A DNA stretch of 63,609 nucleotides, filler included, from Conidiobolus incongruus B7586 (GCA_000697335.1; 13 parts of 13 records of this genome joined end to end with filler, not necessarily neighbours in it); one strand, 5' to 3'. Counted from the whole stretch's first letter, positions 15,131-29,207 are shown. The notes: generated by a model from the letters alone, not told the origin. Program-made: numbers and translations.

Positions 15131-15908
15131 AACCTACTAGCTCAGAATTAAGTTTTTAGATTGAAATCAAAAACTAAAGTTGAACTTTAGATTATTAAAT
15201 ATTAGTTAGTATTATCAGTCACTCACTGGCACGTAATCAAAGTCTTAGTTAATTCAAATGAAATTGATTACTTGATTCATATTGAACAAGAGACCAGTTT
15301 TAATATACTAAAATTTTCATACCTCAACATTTTTACTCCTTTTTATAAAAAACCAATTTTTATTTTATTAAGGAATATATTGAAAAGGATGATAAACTTT
15401 ATTAAAATATACATAATACAAATCCTTTGATCTGACTATTATTATTATTATTATTATCATATTCTCATTATTAACAATTCCAAGTAAAATGAGATATTTT
15501 TCGAATCAAACAATAAAATAAAATATAGATATATATAACTAATTAAAAATTGTTATAAAAGCACTTATCAAAGAAATTACTGATTATGAACATAATTAAA
15601 ATTGGTAATATATAATTTCAATTATCGGATTTATTATATCATATTTAATAATTATATTAATCAATCTCAATTTATTACACTAATTATATTTTACAAATTT
15701 CAACTTGAAGTTTGATGAATATAGTTTTATTATATCAAAAAAGTGTTAATAATCGGAAAGTGTATAATTGTGATCTATTGCTATTTGATCATTGATTAAG
15801 TATGAACCTGTTATAAATATATTTGATTCATTTTTTAATAATTAAAATATTAATTACTCATCTTTAAAATTTTATATTTTATTATGTTTCTTTTTTATTA
15901 AATTTAAA

Positions 15909-15941
<33 letters not shown>

Positions 15942-17167
15942 TGAAATGAAATGATTGAGATTGATAATAATAAATGATCAATAACAAATTTTATTTTTAT
16001 AAAAATAATGATCAATTTTATATACAATAATATGACAAATATATATATATATACATCAGGAAGGAATTAAATTAATTAATCAAATAATCATTTTAGGGAT
16101 CATTTTTCATCACAAGATCCTAAACGGCGACTGGAATTACTAAGCCATTCGCCAATTCCAGGAGGAAATTAGGGAATTAATTCATCAATTGGGAGTTTTT
16201 TTTACTATTTCAGCTTAATAAAATCCAATCATTTACGCATGATATAAATTTGATTTGTAATGATTTTTAATTATTTTTTCCCTATATCCCGTACGTTGAA
16301 TTCAGTTCGTTAATATTATGTTTATATGAGTAAATCTGTTAAAAATTTGTATTAATTTCTGGTTTTTTTTTGTAAATTATTCTTATTTTCTAGTTTTGGT
16401 GAGTTTAACCTCAGATTTCCTATTCTAGCTTATATTAGAAATTAATCTGTCAATCATAAATTTTATTTGAATTATTATAGAGTAAAATTAATTAATTAAT
16501 AGAAGATCAGGTAAAATGGAACAGAGTAGATTATGTTGAGAAATATTTAACTTGGCGCAGTAATTGAAAATAGAAATAGATACGTTTTATGATATCAATT
16601 TAGAGTAAATACACGGGATCTAAAAAATAATGCTAGTTATTGTTGGAAGATCTATTATTATCACGATTCTTCAACTTGGATTAGTGATCAATTGGATTAA
16701 AATTAATGTATAATTAGTTTATTTTATTTATTAAAAAGGGGTACGCTATGACTAAGATACTGGTTAGATTATTGGTTTCTAGGCCAATCATCTTGCATCT
16801 TAAATCCAATTTTTAACTATTTTTCTTAAATTGAGTTATTGTTAGCTTATTAAAGTTAAATAGCGGACTTATTGACAAAATAATCAACTAATTGGTGTAC
16901 TGACATCGATTTAAAAACTTTTTTAACTTGGAATCTCTTGATAAGAGAGATATGATTACTGTTTCATATTAATTAGAAGGTAAATATTAGCATATTTTGA
17001 AAATATTCCATTTGAGAATTGGTGAAACCAATTTAGAATCCAAATAGGGAGGTGTGGTAATTCCAATTAAGGGATATGTTTGATTTCTAAAAAAAGAACT
17101 TGATTTGACCTAATATGAAAATTATAAAATTTTATTATCCACTTGTTTCTACCCACTACTATTTGAC

Positions 17168-17177
17168 TATAAATACC
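17168..17177 (+). promoter_or_regulatory. TATA box candidate (TATAAATACC) upstream of family member 3
   Basis: About 110 nt before ATG 17277; the identical 10-mer precedes member 4 at 31921. Confidence 0.5.
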
Positions 17178-17276
17178 ACAATCATCACTTCTTCAACTAT
17201 CAAATCAGCCTCTGGGTTTTAGGATTTCCGTTGTATTGTATTATATTTCTTGTATATTTATTGGATTAGCATCATC

Positions 17277-17687
17277 ATGACTTCTGCTACTACCTTCACC
17301 GATTTCGTTTTGGCTTTGGACGATCATACCACTTCCAATCTTTTACTTTCACAGGGCATTCAATCTCAGAACAGGAGGCAGAAGTTGAGCACTTTGCCAC
17401 CTTCCCCCACCTCCAGTGTGTATTCTAACAGAGATAGCTGCATTATGGCCGTTCCTTCTCCAGTGCAGTTAAACTCTTCTAAAATGTATCTTCAAGCTCA
17501 CGAAGTCGCTCAAATTTAAACAATTCTGTCATCAAAGGACTAATTGATTCTGATAATTATTCTTAAAATTAGTTATACGTAGCTTTCGAATTCTAGAAAG
17601 CTTGTATCACTCTTTCACCCGAAGATGTATCCGAGAATTCGACGAGATGAACACAAGGATTTTGTAACCTATTTAGTTATCAACTAG
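17277..17687 (+). CDS. Small-protein family member 3; probably spliced (exons 17277-17485 and 17597-17687) or degenerate
   Basis: The N-half (FTDFVLALDD...LLLSQG...RR...AVPSPVQLNS) matches members 1 and 2. The unspliced ORF stops at 17519. Removing a 111-nt GTATCT..TTCTAG intron (17486-17596) joins in frame to HPKMYPRIRRDEHKDF, which aligns gap-free to HQKGYEQRQFEKPEKF. The final TLxLTLTP motif is not recovered. Confidence 0.6.
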
Positions 17688-18397
17688 ATGTCAGTTTAAA
17701 AAAAACCAATCTGTGTATTATGTATTTTTAACTTATTGATCGATTGATTACCTCTTTCAATGGATGATATTATGGACTTATTACCATCATCAAAAGATGT
17801 CAAACCACTTGGCACTATATCTTTACCTGATATCTAATTCCTCCTATTTATTCTCAAACTAACACAAATTGCCCTTAATAACTACAAATGCCGTGGCAAA
17901 AAAATTTATTTAAAAGATTGTATATTATTCACTATACAATCTCAATCCGACTAATTATATTTATTAGCTAAATATTTACTATTACTTATATATCAAATAA
18001 AAAAAATTAATTCAATATAACTAAAAATTTTTTGATTTTTTATTACAAATTTTTGGTCAATTAATATTATATTAATATTTGATATTTAATATATACTAAA
18101 TTGAGTTAATCAAATTTATTTTGAATTAATTTTTAAAACTTTTTGACTACACCCATTATATATATATATATGTTTGATATTAAGTTTTTTATATCTATTT
18201 TTTTCATAAATTATTATATATTAATAATAATTATTAGTTAATATTTAATATATTTTTATATAATATTAAAATATTTTTTTTCTATTTAAATATTACTTAT
18301 AATAATTAATTCTATTTTAAAATATTAATTAAATATTATTATTTTTTAATTAAAAATTTTTAAAGGTTTTTAATATATAAATATGTATAAATATTTT

Positions 18398-18443
<46 letters not shown>

Positions 18444-20169
18444 GTTAAATAACATTATTGTTATTAATTTGATTTTAATGGCTTTTAAAACTTTTTTAAT
18501 AAATATAATTAATATTTACTTAAGTTACGTCATTAATATCAATTTTAATTATTTTTTGGATTTTGTTTTTTTTTCAAAAAAAATGATTTAATTAAAATTC
18601 ACATAATTTAATTTAATTAGTGTTATTTCTTATATTATTAATCAATCCTGTATTTGTTAAATATTATATTAATAAAAATAATATGGAAATAAATTAGCAA
18701 TATATCAACCATTTCTATTCATTACTAATATACAATTTGAATTTCCCAATATTATATAATTATTACAAATTTCATATTCGATATTTCTTTTCACAAAGTG
18801 GAATTAAAACTTAGTTTAATATTCATTATATTTATTGCAATGGTTGATAATTTGAGCTGGTATATTGATTTCAAATAAGCTTATATGTAGTAATAATCAT
18901 AATATTTAATATAAAAAAAATCAATGGTCAAACTATTTTTATCTACTAAACTTTTAAATTATATATTTCACTTTTAAACCTTCCAAAAAAATTATTTATT
19001 AATTATCGGGTTAACTTAATTCAAAAGGAAAAAAATCTTTCAATTTCTTTAAATATTAATAATATTTTAGGAATTTGATTTATTTTCCTCTTATTCCGAA
19101 TTATTCCTTAATATAAAATTATATTTTGTTAAATTGTTAACGTGTTAGAATTAATTAAATATAAATAATATATATATATATATATATTATATCATGGTAA
19201 TTGTATTTTGTTATATATCACTCTATTGGAGAATATATTGAATGATATTTACATTTAATGAAATCCAGTATTATGTTAACATTATTTTATATCAGTTGTT
19301 GAATTTGAATATCAGCAACAAGTCTTAATATTGTTAGTCAATAGTAACAAAAAACTATAAATTACAAAATATGAATTCATTAAAATTGATATAAATTGTA
19401 TTATCAATTAATTGATAAATAAAAGTTATAATATCAATTTATTTAATTTATTAAATATTTGAAAAATTAATCTTTGTTTTCATTAATATATTAGAATTTT
19501 TATTGATTTCAATAATTTAAACTTTTAATACTTGAAAATTTTTAAATTAACTCAAAAATCAAATATAACTAATTAAACACATTAATATTCATATGCTTTT
19601 TCACTTCAATACCTTTATAAAATGAAAAGGGTGAAATTCAATCAAACTAAAAAATCTTGAATCATTTCCCTAAAATCTGGAAGCTTTGCTGCAAGTGCTT
19701 CGTTTATAAACTAGTAAAAATCCACTCAACTCTCCAATTTGGTAATCCATTATTTGTAAGAATTTTGGGGACATTGTAGTATGTTTAATGTGAAGATTAA
19801 GATGCCATCAAATTGGTATTTGATTTGAATCACATTGGATTAGGCTGAATTTCAAATTTGGATTAGTTCATTATTGTTGTGTTACACTTTGTAGTGGCTA
19901 ATCTTTATCGGGCCTAACTGTATTTTTGGTTATTAGGAATTGATTACATTTGATATATAGTTCTAAATTAGAATGATATATTTTTGGTATTACTATATTT
20001 GATTTTGAAGAATTAATTATATTTAGTATAATTTTTCAATAATTCAATAATTACTTATCAAATTTCAAATTATTCATCAAGAAAAATTGAATTTTTGGGT
20101 ACCCAATCAATGTACTGTCTATTTCACATTGTCATATTGAAATCAATATATCATACTAATTAAACATAT

Positions 20170-21700
20170 GTTGATAGTTGGTTTACTTTATCAAAATTAT
20201 TAGTATATTGAGAACATTGGATTTCTTTGATAATAATGATATTGACCTTAAAACCTCACCATTGAACCTAATTCAAGATACTCTTAGGTAGTATCGATTC
20301 TAATGACTATATTTTATACACTATTAATTGAAAAATATGGTAAATAAATACATTTTTTAATGATAATTTTTAAGGATTGAATAATAATTCTTAGGAATAT
20401 TCGTTGTTATCGCATGGTAGAATTGTTGATTATAAGTGATTCTTTAAAATTTATAAAATAGGGAGAGGTGACAGTTTTTTACCAATTGGTTATAAGTTGG
20501 AGAATCTTTGATCAATCTCGTATTAAGCGATTATAATTTTTAAATAATAATCTTACTAAAAGAATATTAATCTTATATTAATAATTAGGGCATTAAGAAA
20601 AATTTCGAGTTTCATAATAAAGAATTAAAATTCAGTGATTCAAAATTTAATCCTTCACAGAATTAATATTGGTTTGTTTATGGTTAAATTTGACCGAAAA
20701 ATAGAATATTAATGGTACTCAGTATTTTAATAACATCAGCACTGATCAAAGGTTTATATATTGTTTTATTTAATTTAAATGGCAATTTTTTTTCAAATAC
20801 ATATTTCTTGATTAAGTTTAGTATTATTAGACCTAATTCAATATTCAATTCCAAAGTATTCATAATTATTCCAAATTTGAAATGATAGGAATTTATGAGA
20901 TTTGATATGAGTACCAGTTTCTTTAATCAAACTTTTACATTGATCATGCAAAATCTAAAACCTCGTGGCATTGAAATTAAGCTAAATTATAACTATAAAA
21001 AATTTACATATATATTGTTCAGATCTCTATAGCTATATATTGGTATGGATATTGGTAGTAAATTGAATATCTTGAATTAATTTGATACAGTTTAAAAAAT
21101 ATTTCAAGTATAATATCATCCCAATTATTAAATTTTTTATCAATTTATTTGTATTTAAATAAGAATGTAAGAAGCTTTATCAAAGAAATTATTATTGATA
21201 TCAAAATTATTTCAGTAATATCCTTATTGGATTTCAAAATTAAGGATTGAACTCGATTGGATAGTTAAGACAATAGTATTTGATAGATTATAACATTCGC
21301 TGAATCAACTATTTACATAATTTACTATCAACCAATTTATTATAAATCTCAACAATCATAAAAAATTTTACAATTATATGAATTTAATTAATTTCTAATT
21401 AAAGTTTTCCATCTTTCAAAAACCAATTTAAATTCAATATTGTTGATCTTATTCACGTAATAATTTAGTAATAAATATTTAATTTAGATATGGACAAACT
21501 GATGTTAAAGTACATCAAATTAGCTAAATTGGTCATTTTATTTGAACATATACCCTAAAATGATAGAATATATCTAAGGTGATGGTGATTAATAATGATC
21601 CCATTGGTTTAGAATATAACTCTATTCAATTTTAAATCATTCAAATAAATGTCAACCTTAAACCTTAATTTTAAATGTCAGCCCTTCATAAATTTTATGA
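20170..21700 (+). pseudogene. Decayed coding-like segment, possibly an LRR relic
   Basis: Broken frames with fragments such as DSWFTLSKLL and IIPNLK** (PNLK is LRR-like); no continuous ORF. Confidence 0.18.
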
Positions 21701-24479
21701 AATAAGTTGGAATTAATTTTTAATACAATGATTTTAAGGATTACAGGTATTTATTTATAAATTAATGAGATTTTTTAAAAATAAAAATTGGGACAATGTT
21801 TCAAATTAATTGAGTTATTACTAGTTAAGTTGTCTAATAATATCATGTATTTTATTAAAGAATTAGTTTAAAATTATTCAAAATTTTAATAATATTAATT
21901 AATAAATTAATTTTATCAATTATTTTTAATTAAATTTTTAAAGTTGTTTTTATATTAAATTAGAATAATTAATTAAGAAAATATATTATAAAATTAATTA
22001 TTTATTTTTTTAATAATGAGACATTTTAAATTTTTCAATTTTAAGTTGATCCTCTAAAAATGATTTAATACATATTATTATAATCATTGATATCATAATT
22101 TTTTTATAAAACTATTTTCTAATGCCTATGTATAAAAATATATTTAATATTTAATATTTAATATTAAATATTTGAATTATTATGATGATTGGTAGTAAAA
22201 ATATTTCAATTTTATAGTTGAAATATTGGATTAAAAAAATAATTAAATCAAACACTTGAATTGGTTTATGTAACAGAGTTTCTATTCTCAAAATTATATA
22301 TAGTCTATTTATAATGTCTATTAATATCATATTTGTTTTTTAATGAATCAAAATTAAAATTGAAAATAAAAAATTTATATTATATTATTGAGTATTAATA
22401 TTATGGAATTATTGTGATTTATTTTCATTTAATAATATATATATATATTTATTTTTATATTATCAAATTTTTATTATTAAAAAATATAATAATAAAAATC
22501 AATTTGATTTATTTTAAAATTAGTAAATAAAATCAAAATTTAAAGTTTTAATTAATAATAATTATATATAGAAAATATAATATTTCAAATAAATTATTTT
22601 AGTAATAAAACTCATTTAAATCATTCTAATTGAATACTATTTATTTTCCAAGTACAAAGTTTATAAGTTATGTTTTCAACTCGATTAACTCGGTATATCT
22701 CTCAAAATTTATTTCCATCTCATTTAATATATGTCGAATTGAATTAGTTATCACAAATATATTATTATAATATTAATTAATTCTAATTAATTAAAATATA
22801 AAATTTAATAATGTAAAGAATTTTTATATTAAAAATTTCAAAGGGTACTAATAGCAAAGATTCAATATGTTATCACATTTATTTTTTCTTTTGAATTGTT
22901 TTTAAAAAAAAGGTAATTGATTTAATATTAAAATTGATTAATATAAATATTTATGAATAATTAATTTTATTATGTAATCAAATAATGGATCAAATATTAA
23001 TAATTTAAGTAATTTCAATTTTGTAATATTAATTCTTGTGCTTCAATTACGAAATAATACCAGTCATTGACCATTATGAATATTAAAACATATGTATATC
23101 CACATTATTATGATATAATAACATAACTATATAGGGAAAATTCTTTATTTGATTATATAACATTAATGAATTAATAATTTTTAATTCAAGTTCCGCAAAA
23201 ATAATAAATTTGACTTGAATTGTATTCAATACTCAACTTTTTTGTATAAGATAATTATAGAATATCTTTTTCCACTATGGTTTTGATAAATTGCAAGTAA
23301 TGGATTAATATGAGGCTTGGGAAATATTTAATCAATTTACATTATCTTTATGGTAATTTCCATTTTTATTTTATTAAAAACTATATTAAAAAGCGAGAAT
23401 TTGAGAAAAGAAAATGGATTAATTATATTCTTTTTTTTCTTTCATTTATTATCATTTTTATTAATTTTTGTATGATTTAATATTTATCGTTTCAATAAAT
23501 TTGAATATTAAATTTATTGAGTTGAAAATCATTTATGAATATTAATAATGGCTAATTTATTTATTTTTAATATTGTAGTTTCTCTATGGGTATTATAGAT
23601 GGTGTAATGTGAGAGGCAATAGCTATTATTGTTCCGTGATAGTAGGTAAGTGTATTTTAGGGTTTATTAGCTAAAGTGATGTTTGGTATAAGCTATTGAA
23701 TTTAATCATTAAAACTGATCAATATTATAACATGTGTCGCAAGTAATGGCCAATTCAGGTAAAGCCTCCTTATAGAATAGAAACTCGAGATTAGAAATGG
23801 TTTCAAGGGTAGCGCTTTGAGATCACACAATATTATAATGTTTTAAATATTATTTTAATATATCAACTCAAATTTTGTAAATTAATGATTGGTGTTATTA
23901 TGTGATTTTATTTCATTTTATTAAAAAACATTTTACGATGGATTAATAAATATAATTATTTAAATATTTAACAAATGGATAATACTATAAGAGCACAGAA
24001 ATATTGGAACAATATATAAATGGGACTTAATATTATATATTTAGCTCAGTTAAGAAATTCGCAAGTTTATAATTTTAAGAAATTTAATTAATATTCCAAT
24101 TTTATTATTTGATTTACATATATTTGGTATAGTATAAAAATTTGAATATTAATTATAAAATTAATTATTTTATAAACTTTTAAATAAAATTTTATTAATT
24201 TTATCATTTTTTTTTAAAAAAAGATATAATCTAATAATTTTTTTTATAAAATAATATTATAATATCAAAATAATGAGTTTAAATTTTATACTCATATTAA
24301 ATAACTATAATCAAAATTATTATTTACACTAATTCATAAATATAGTTCAAAATATTGTAAAATAAAAATTAGGTATTATATAAACAAAATTAGACTGATT
24401 TCTGACTTTTAATTTATAATATATATTAAAATTGAAAATGATTAAAAATATTTATTTGATAAATTATAATTATTATTTT

Positions 24480-24579
24480 NNNNNNNNNNNNNNNNNNNNN
24501 NNNNNNNNNNNNNNNNNNNNNNNTTAATTAATTAANNNNNNNNNNNNNNNNNNNNNNNNNNNNNNNNNNNNNNNNNNNN
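24480..24579. other. Artificial contig-join spacer N44-TTAATTAATTAA-N44 (12 copies in window)
   Basis: Identical 100-nt spacer at 24480, 25710, 27434, 29208, 42909, 49360, 50774, 51939, 54331, 59253, 60474 and 62409. The 12-mer is palindromic and carries TAA stops in all six frames. Confidence 0.97.
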
Positions 24580-25709
24580 TTATTAATAATATAAGTTATG
24601 AATTATTAAATAGTTTTTATTTATAAAAAAGTAATATATTTAATAAGTTGATAATTTATCTTTATTTTAGAAAATTATATAATTTTTTTATATTTAAATA
24701 ATTTTTAAAAATATATAATCTTTATATAATTGAATATTTATATATATAGTATATTTTTGTTATAATCCAAAATATTATTTTAAAAAATTTTTAATATATT
24801 ATTAATTAAAACAATTAAGTTACCTTTACTTGGGTAATAAATAAATAATTATATATTAATAAATTATATTTTAATATTATTAATCAATAATATCTTATTT
24901 CGCTAAAATAAACAAATATCTATAAGTCTTAACTACTATTATAATCATATCAAAAATATTACAAATAGCCTTTTTACTTAAGAAAGTCTCTTTGAATAAA
25001 ACATTCTATATTTTTATTAAGTAAACAATTTATCTGATAATTAGTTAAGATTAATTAAATAATATGGAGTTAGCTTTTATTATATTTACCTAAACCTAAA
25101 AAAAGTTAATTATTATTAAAGTTGGAAATCTATTCCTTTATATATTACCTTAAATTATACTTTATATAATAATGATAACTAATAGATTTTTTGGGTTTAC
25201 TATCAAATTAAATTTATATTTTATTTATAAAACATAAACATTCATTTATATAATATATTTTATCAATAATATAGGTGAATATTTTAATATATTACCTTAA
25301 CTAGATAAATAAACCATTATTTAGAAAGCTTAATAATATTATCCATATAAAATAAAAATATATATTTTATAAATAAATAAAAATCTTTCCAAAAATTAAA
25401 GTTATTTTTTAATAAAATGATATATAATTAAAAATTAATTTAAATATATATATAATATTATTATTAATAAGAATATTTTAATTTATATTATTTAACTATT
25501 ATAATAAATATCAATATTAAATTATCAAATATAAAATATCATTCTATTATTCTTAGTTTAATCAATATCAAATTAATAAAATTCAAAATTTTTAGTTTGA
25601 ATATATTTTCCAATATTATTTAATCTTTATAAAATTAATTTTAATAAAAATTTATATAATTTTTTTAATAACTTTATAATAGTAAATTTTTTAAATTTTT
25701 CTATTTATT
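24580..25709 (-). mobile_element. Hypermutated Ty3/gypsy reverse transcriptase relic
   Basis: The minus strand reads YMDNII (25349-25332; YMDD with GAT>AAT) and, ~82 codons later, FLGLGKY (~25102-25082). This order and spacing match gypsy RT YxDD...FLGL. Confidence 0.55.
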
Positions 25710-25817
25710 NNNNNNNNNNNNNNNNNNNNNNNNNNNNNNNNNNNNNNNNNNNNTTAATTAATTAANNNNNNNNNNNNNNNNNNNNNNNNNNNNNNNNNNN
25801 NNNNNNNNNTTTATATA

Positions 25818-27381
25818 TATTAGCTTATAAAAATAAGTTATAAAATCAAAATTATTTATATATTTACCTATATCTTAAATAATTCTTAATTAAATAAATT
25901 TAAATTAAAATATATAATATATTTGTATAAATTGATTATAATTAACTATATTTGATTATATTTTATTAACTATTGGTTAATATATCAAAATTCAATATTT
26001 AACAATGATGAGTTATAAATTTACAAGTTTATAAGTTAAAAGGATATAAATAATAAAACTTATATATTTTTTCTTTATTTTGTTATATTATATATATTAT
26101 AAAACTATTAAGCTAATATTTTAAAATTAATATTATAATGCTTAATTCTCTCTTTAAAAAAGTTTACCTATATATTAATTAGCTTTATAATAAAAATAAA
26201 TCAACTTGTGAGATTATTAGAATTATTTGTGTTAGCTAATCTATTATAGCTAGGGTTATTAAGAATAATGTTAAAAAAACACCTAAATTAAAACTTAAGT
26301 GTATTAAGATTATAGATAATTATGATGAAAAGTATATTTATAGATTAATTAATATAAATAAATATAATATTATTATAAAAATATAACAAGAATTATAAGA
26401 CTATATAAGAATATTAATTAATATTAATACTATTATATATACTTTATATTAGAATAGATATTGCTTACATCTTAAAAAAAACACCCCCAACTAAAAAAAT
26501 TTTATTATAAAGTTAGATAGGAGTTTAACTATCAATATTAAAATTAAACTAAAATTAATTAGAGTAAGGTTATTTAATTTAATGAAACAAAGATATATCT
26601 TAATAAATTTTATATAAAAGCTAAATATTTCAAAAAAGATAAAAAACTACTATATAACTATTATGTTATTATAACTTAAAAATATAATAATAGGTTAATT
26701 ATAAATTAGGGATATATATTATCTTTAAGTATAAAGTATCTTTATAAGATTAATAAGGGAATTAATACTATGATATATTAAAGTATTCTAAACAATGAAT
26801 TGAAAAAAAATATTGAAAGATATAAGTTAGATAAATTAAATATTATTTTCTAACAAGATAATACCCTTTATTAAATTATAAATTCTATTATTAAATGGCT
26901 TAAAAATAATAAAATAACTATTATAAAATAACCTCCTTAATTTTTTAATTTTAACACTATTAAATATCTTTAAAATCAATTAAAAAAATAGATTAAAGTT
27001 TTCCCCCTAATAAAAAATTTAAATTAAATTTAAGAGTATATTTAAAAAGTTTAAAATTATATTAATCTTATTTAATATAAAAAGCTAATTGACTCTATAC
27101 CTTATAAACTTAAAAAAGTTAAAAAAGCAAAAAATAAATATATTAAATATTAATTTTTCTATTAATACTAAAACCTATAAATTTATAACTCAACTTAAAT
27201 ATACTTTTAGTTTTATTATATCAATTAATAATTAGTTAAATTTAACTTTATAAATTATATTATAAATAAAAAAATAATTAATTATATAATTTAATATAAG
27301 TTTATTTAAATTAGAATTGATTAAGATATTAATAAAAATATTTATACTTTTAATTTTATGACTTATTTTTATAAGCTAATA
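25818..27381 (+). mobile_element. Full-length Tc1-like (DD34E) DNA transposon, dead by C>T/G>A hypermutation
   Basis: Ends are inverted repeats starting TATTAGCTTATAAAAATAAGT, each flanked by TA. One frame carries KHGGGSIMIWGC (26680, read as aaa tat aat aat agg tta att ata aat tag gga tat), FQQDN (26848, ttc taa caa gat aat) and WPPQSPDFNPIEHLW (26929, taa cct cct taa ttt ttt aat ttt aac act att aaa tat ctt taa). D(26857) to E(26962) has 34 intervening residues. Confidence 0.88.
27205..27381 (-). repeat. Right terminal inverted repeat of the Tc1 element (left TIR ~25818-25995)
   Basis: Reverse complement matches 25818 onward over roughly 170-180 nt with scattered mismatches; the inner boundary is approximate. 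Confidence 0.75.
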
Positions 27382-27533
27382 TATTCTATATATAATAATC
27401 ACACCAGTTATTTTAATTAATTTAAAATATCCANNNNNNNNNNNNNNNNNNNNNNNNNNNNNNNNNNNNNNNNNNNNTTAATTAATTAANNNNNNNNNNN
27501 NNNNNNNNNNNNNNNNNNNNNNNNNNNNNNNNN

Positions 27534-27862
27534 AAGACAAAGAATTATTTTATAATTATTATGTTATTTTAAACTAAAAATATAATAATTGGGTAATTAG
27601 AATTTAAGGATATATTTATCTTCAATTATCAAATATTTTTAAATATAATTAATAAAAGATTTAATAATAAAATATATTAAATTATTTTAAACAAAGATTT
27701 GAAAATAATTATTAAATAATATAAATTAAACAAATTAAATATTATTTTTTAATAGATCAATACTCTAAATTATATTATTTTTATTACTTTTAATAAATTT
27801 AACAAATATATAATAATGACTATAAAATAAATTCTTTAATTTTATAGATTTAATCTAATTAT
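27534..27862 (+). mobile_element. Partial copy of the same Tc1-like transposase
   Basis: Colinear with ~26637-26960 (e.g. aaattaaatattatttttta vs aaattaaatattattttcta), independently mutated. Confidence 0.75.
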
Positions 27863-27869
27863 ATATTAT

Positions 27870-28248
27870 TATTATAAGTGAATAACAACAGTCAAGGGTA
27901 GAGGAAGCAGGTTTCTTAACATCTTAAGAAATATATGATACCTGGATCTTTTAGTATTAAGGTGCTAACTAATAATAATAAGAAATATATTAATAGTTAG
28001 GCAAAAGGTTTATTTGTGTAAGAAGTAATATAAGCTAGAGTTTTAGCTAAAGAGAAAGATCTAAGTCTTTCTTATAACTAAGTGGAATATATACACATAA
28101 GTATGTAAGGCTGAGTAATAAAAAGTTACTCAGATATAAGGATTTGTAAAATATTGATAAGACCTAATTTGGATAATTAGGTCTTTAATAATGAATTAAA
28201 ATGAGGAAAGATATCAATTAAGTAGCAATTGTTATAATACTTATAATT
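27870..28248. mobile_element. Solo-LTR-like insertion (~380 bp)
   Basis: GC-richer island between two Tc1 fragments, with ends TATTATAAG...CTTATAATT, consistent with a mutated TGTTATAAG...CTTATAACA. No clean target-site duplication. Confidence 0.35.
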
Positions 28249-28249
28249 A

Positions 28250-29207
28250 TAATTAGTAAATAAAAATAGTTAAAGTTTTCTTATTAATTAAAAAAATTAA
28301 ATAAACTTATATTATATATTTTAGAAATTTAAAACAAAATATATTTTTTTAATATAAAAATTAATTAATTATTAATTGATATATTAATACTAAAAGTATA
28401 CTTAAGATAAGTTATAAATTTGCAGGTTTTAGTATTAATAGAAAAATTAATATCTAGTATATCTATTTTTTGCTTTTCTAACTTCTTTAAGTTTATAAGA
28501 TATAAAGTTAACTAGCTTCTTATATTAAATCAAACTAATATTATTCTAAGCTTTTTAAATATACTTTTAAAGTTAATTTAAATTTTTTACTAGGGGGAAA
28601 GCTTTAATAGTTTTTTTTATTGATCCTAAAGATATTTAATTAGGTTAAAATTAAAAAATTAAGGAATTTATTTTATAATAGTTAATTTGTTATTTTTAAG
28701 CAATTTAATAGTAGAATTTAAAGTATAATAAAGTATATTATCTTGTTAAAAAATAATATTTGATTTTTTTAATTTATATTACTTAATAGTTTTTTTTAAT
28801 TTATTGTTTAAAATACTTTAGTATATTTTAACATTAATTCTTTTATTAACCTTACAAAAATACTTTATATTTAAAGATATCATATATCCTTAAATTATAA
28901 TTAACTTACTATTGTATTTTTAAGTTATAATAATATAATAGTTATAAAGTAATTTTTTATTTTTTTTTGAAACATCTAGCTTTTCTATTAAATTTATTAA
29001 GATATATTTTTATTTTATTAAACTAAATAACTTTACTTTAGATCATTTTAATTCAACTTTAATGTTAATATTTAAACTCCCATTTAATTTTATAATAGGA
29101 TTTCTTTAGTTAAAGGTATTTTTTCTTAAAATGTAAGTGGTATCTATTCTAATATAAAACACATATAATAGTATTAATACTAACTAATATTCTTGTATAA
29201 TCTTATA
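28250..29207 (-). mobile_element. Inverted partial copy (3' half plus TIR) of the Tc1-like element
   Basis: Reverse complement of 28391-28500 matches 27100-27210 with mainly G/A and C/T differences; similarity continues to the gap at 29208. Confidence 0.85.

Noticed and set aside
24524..24535. Recurrent TTAATTAATTAA palindrome as a biological repeat or CRISPR-like direct repeat
   Set aside because: Always centred in exactly 44+44 Ns; it is a six-frame stop linker added during assembly.
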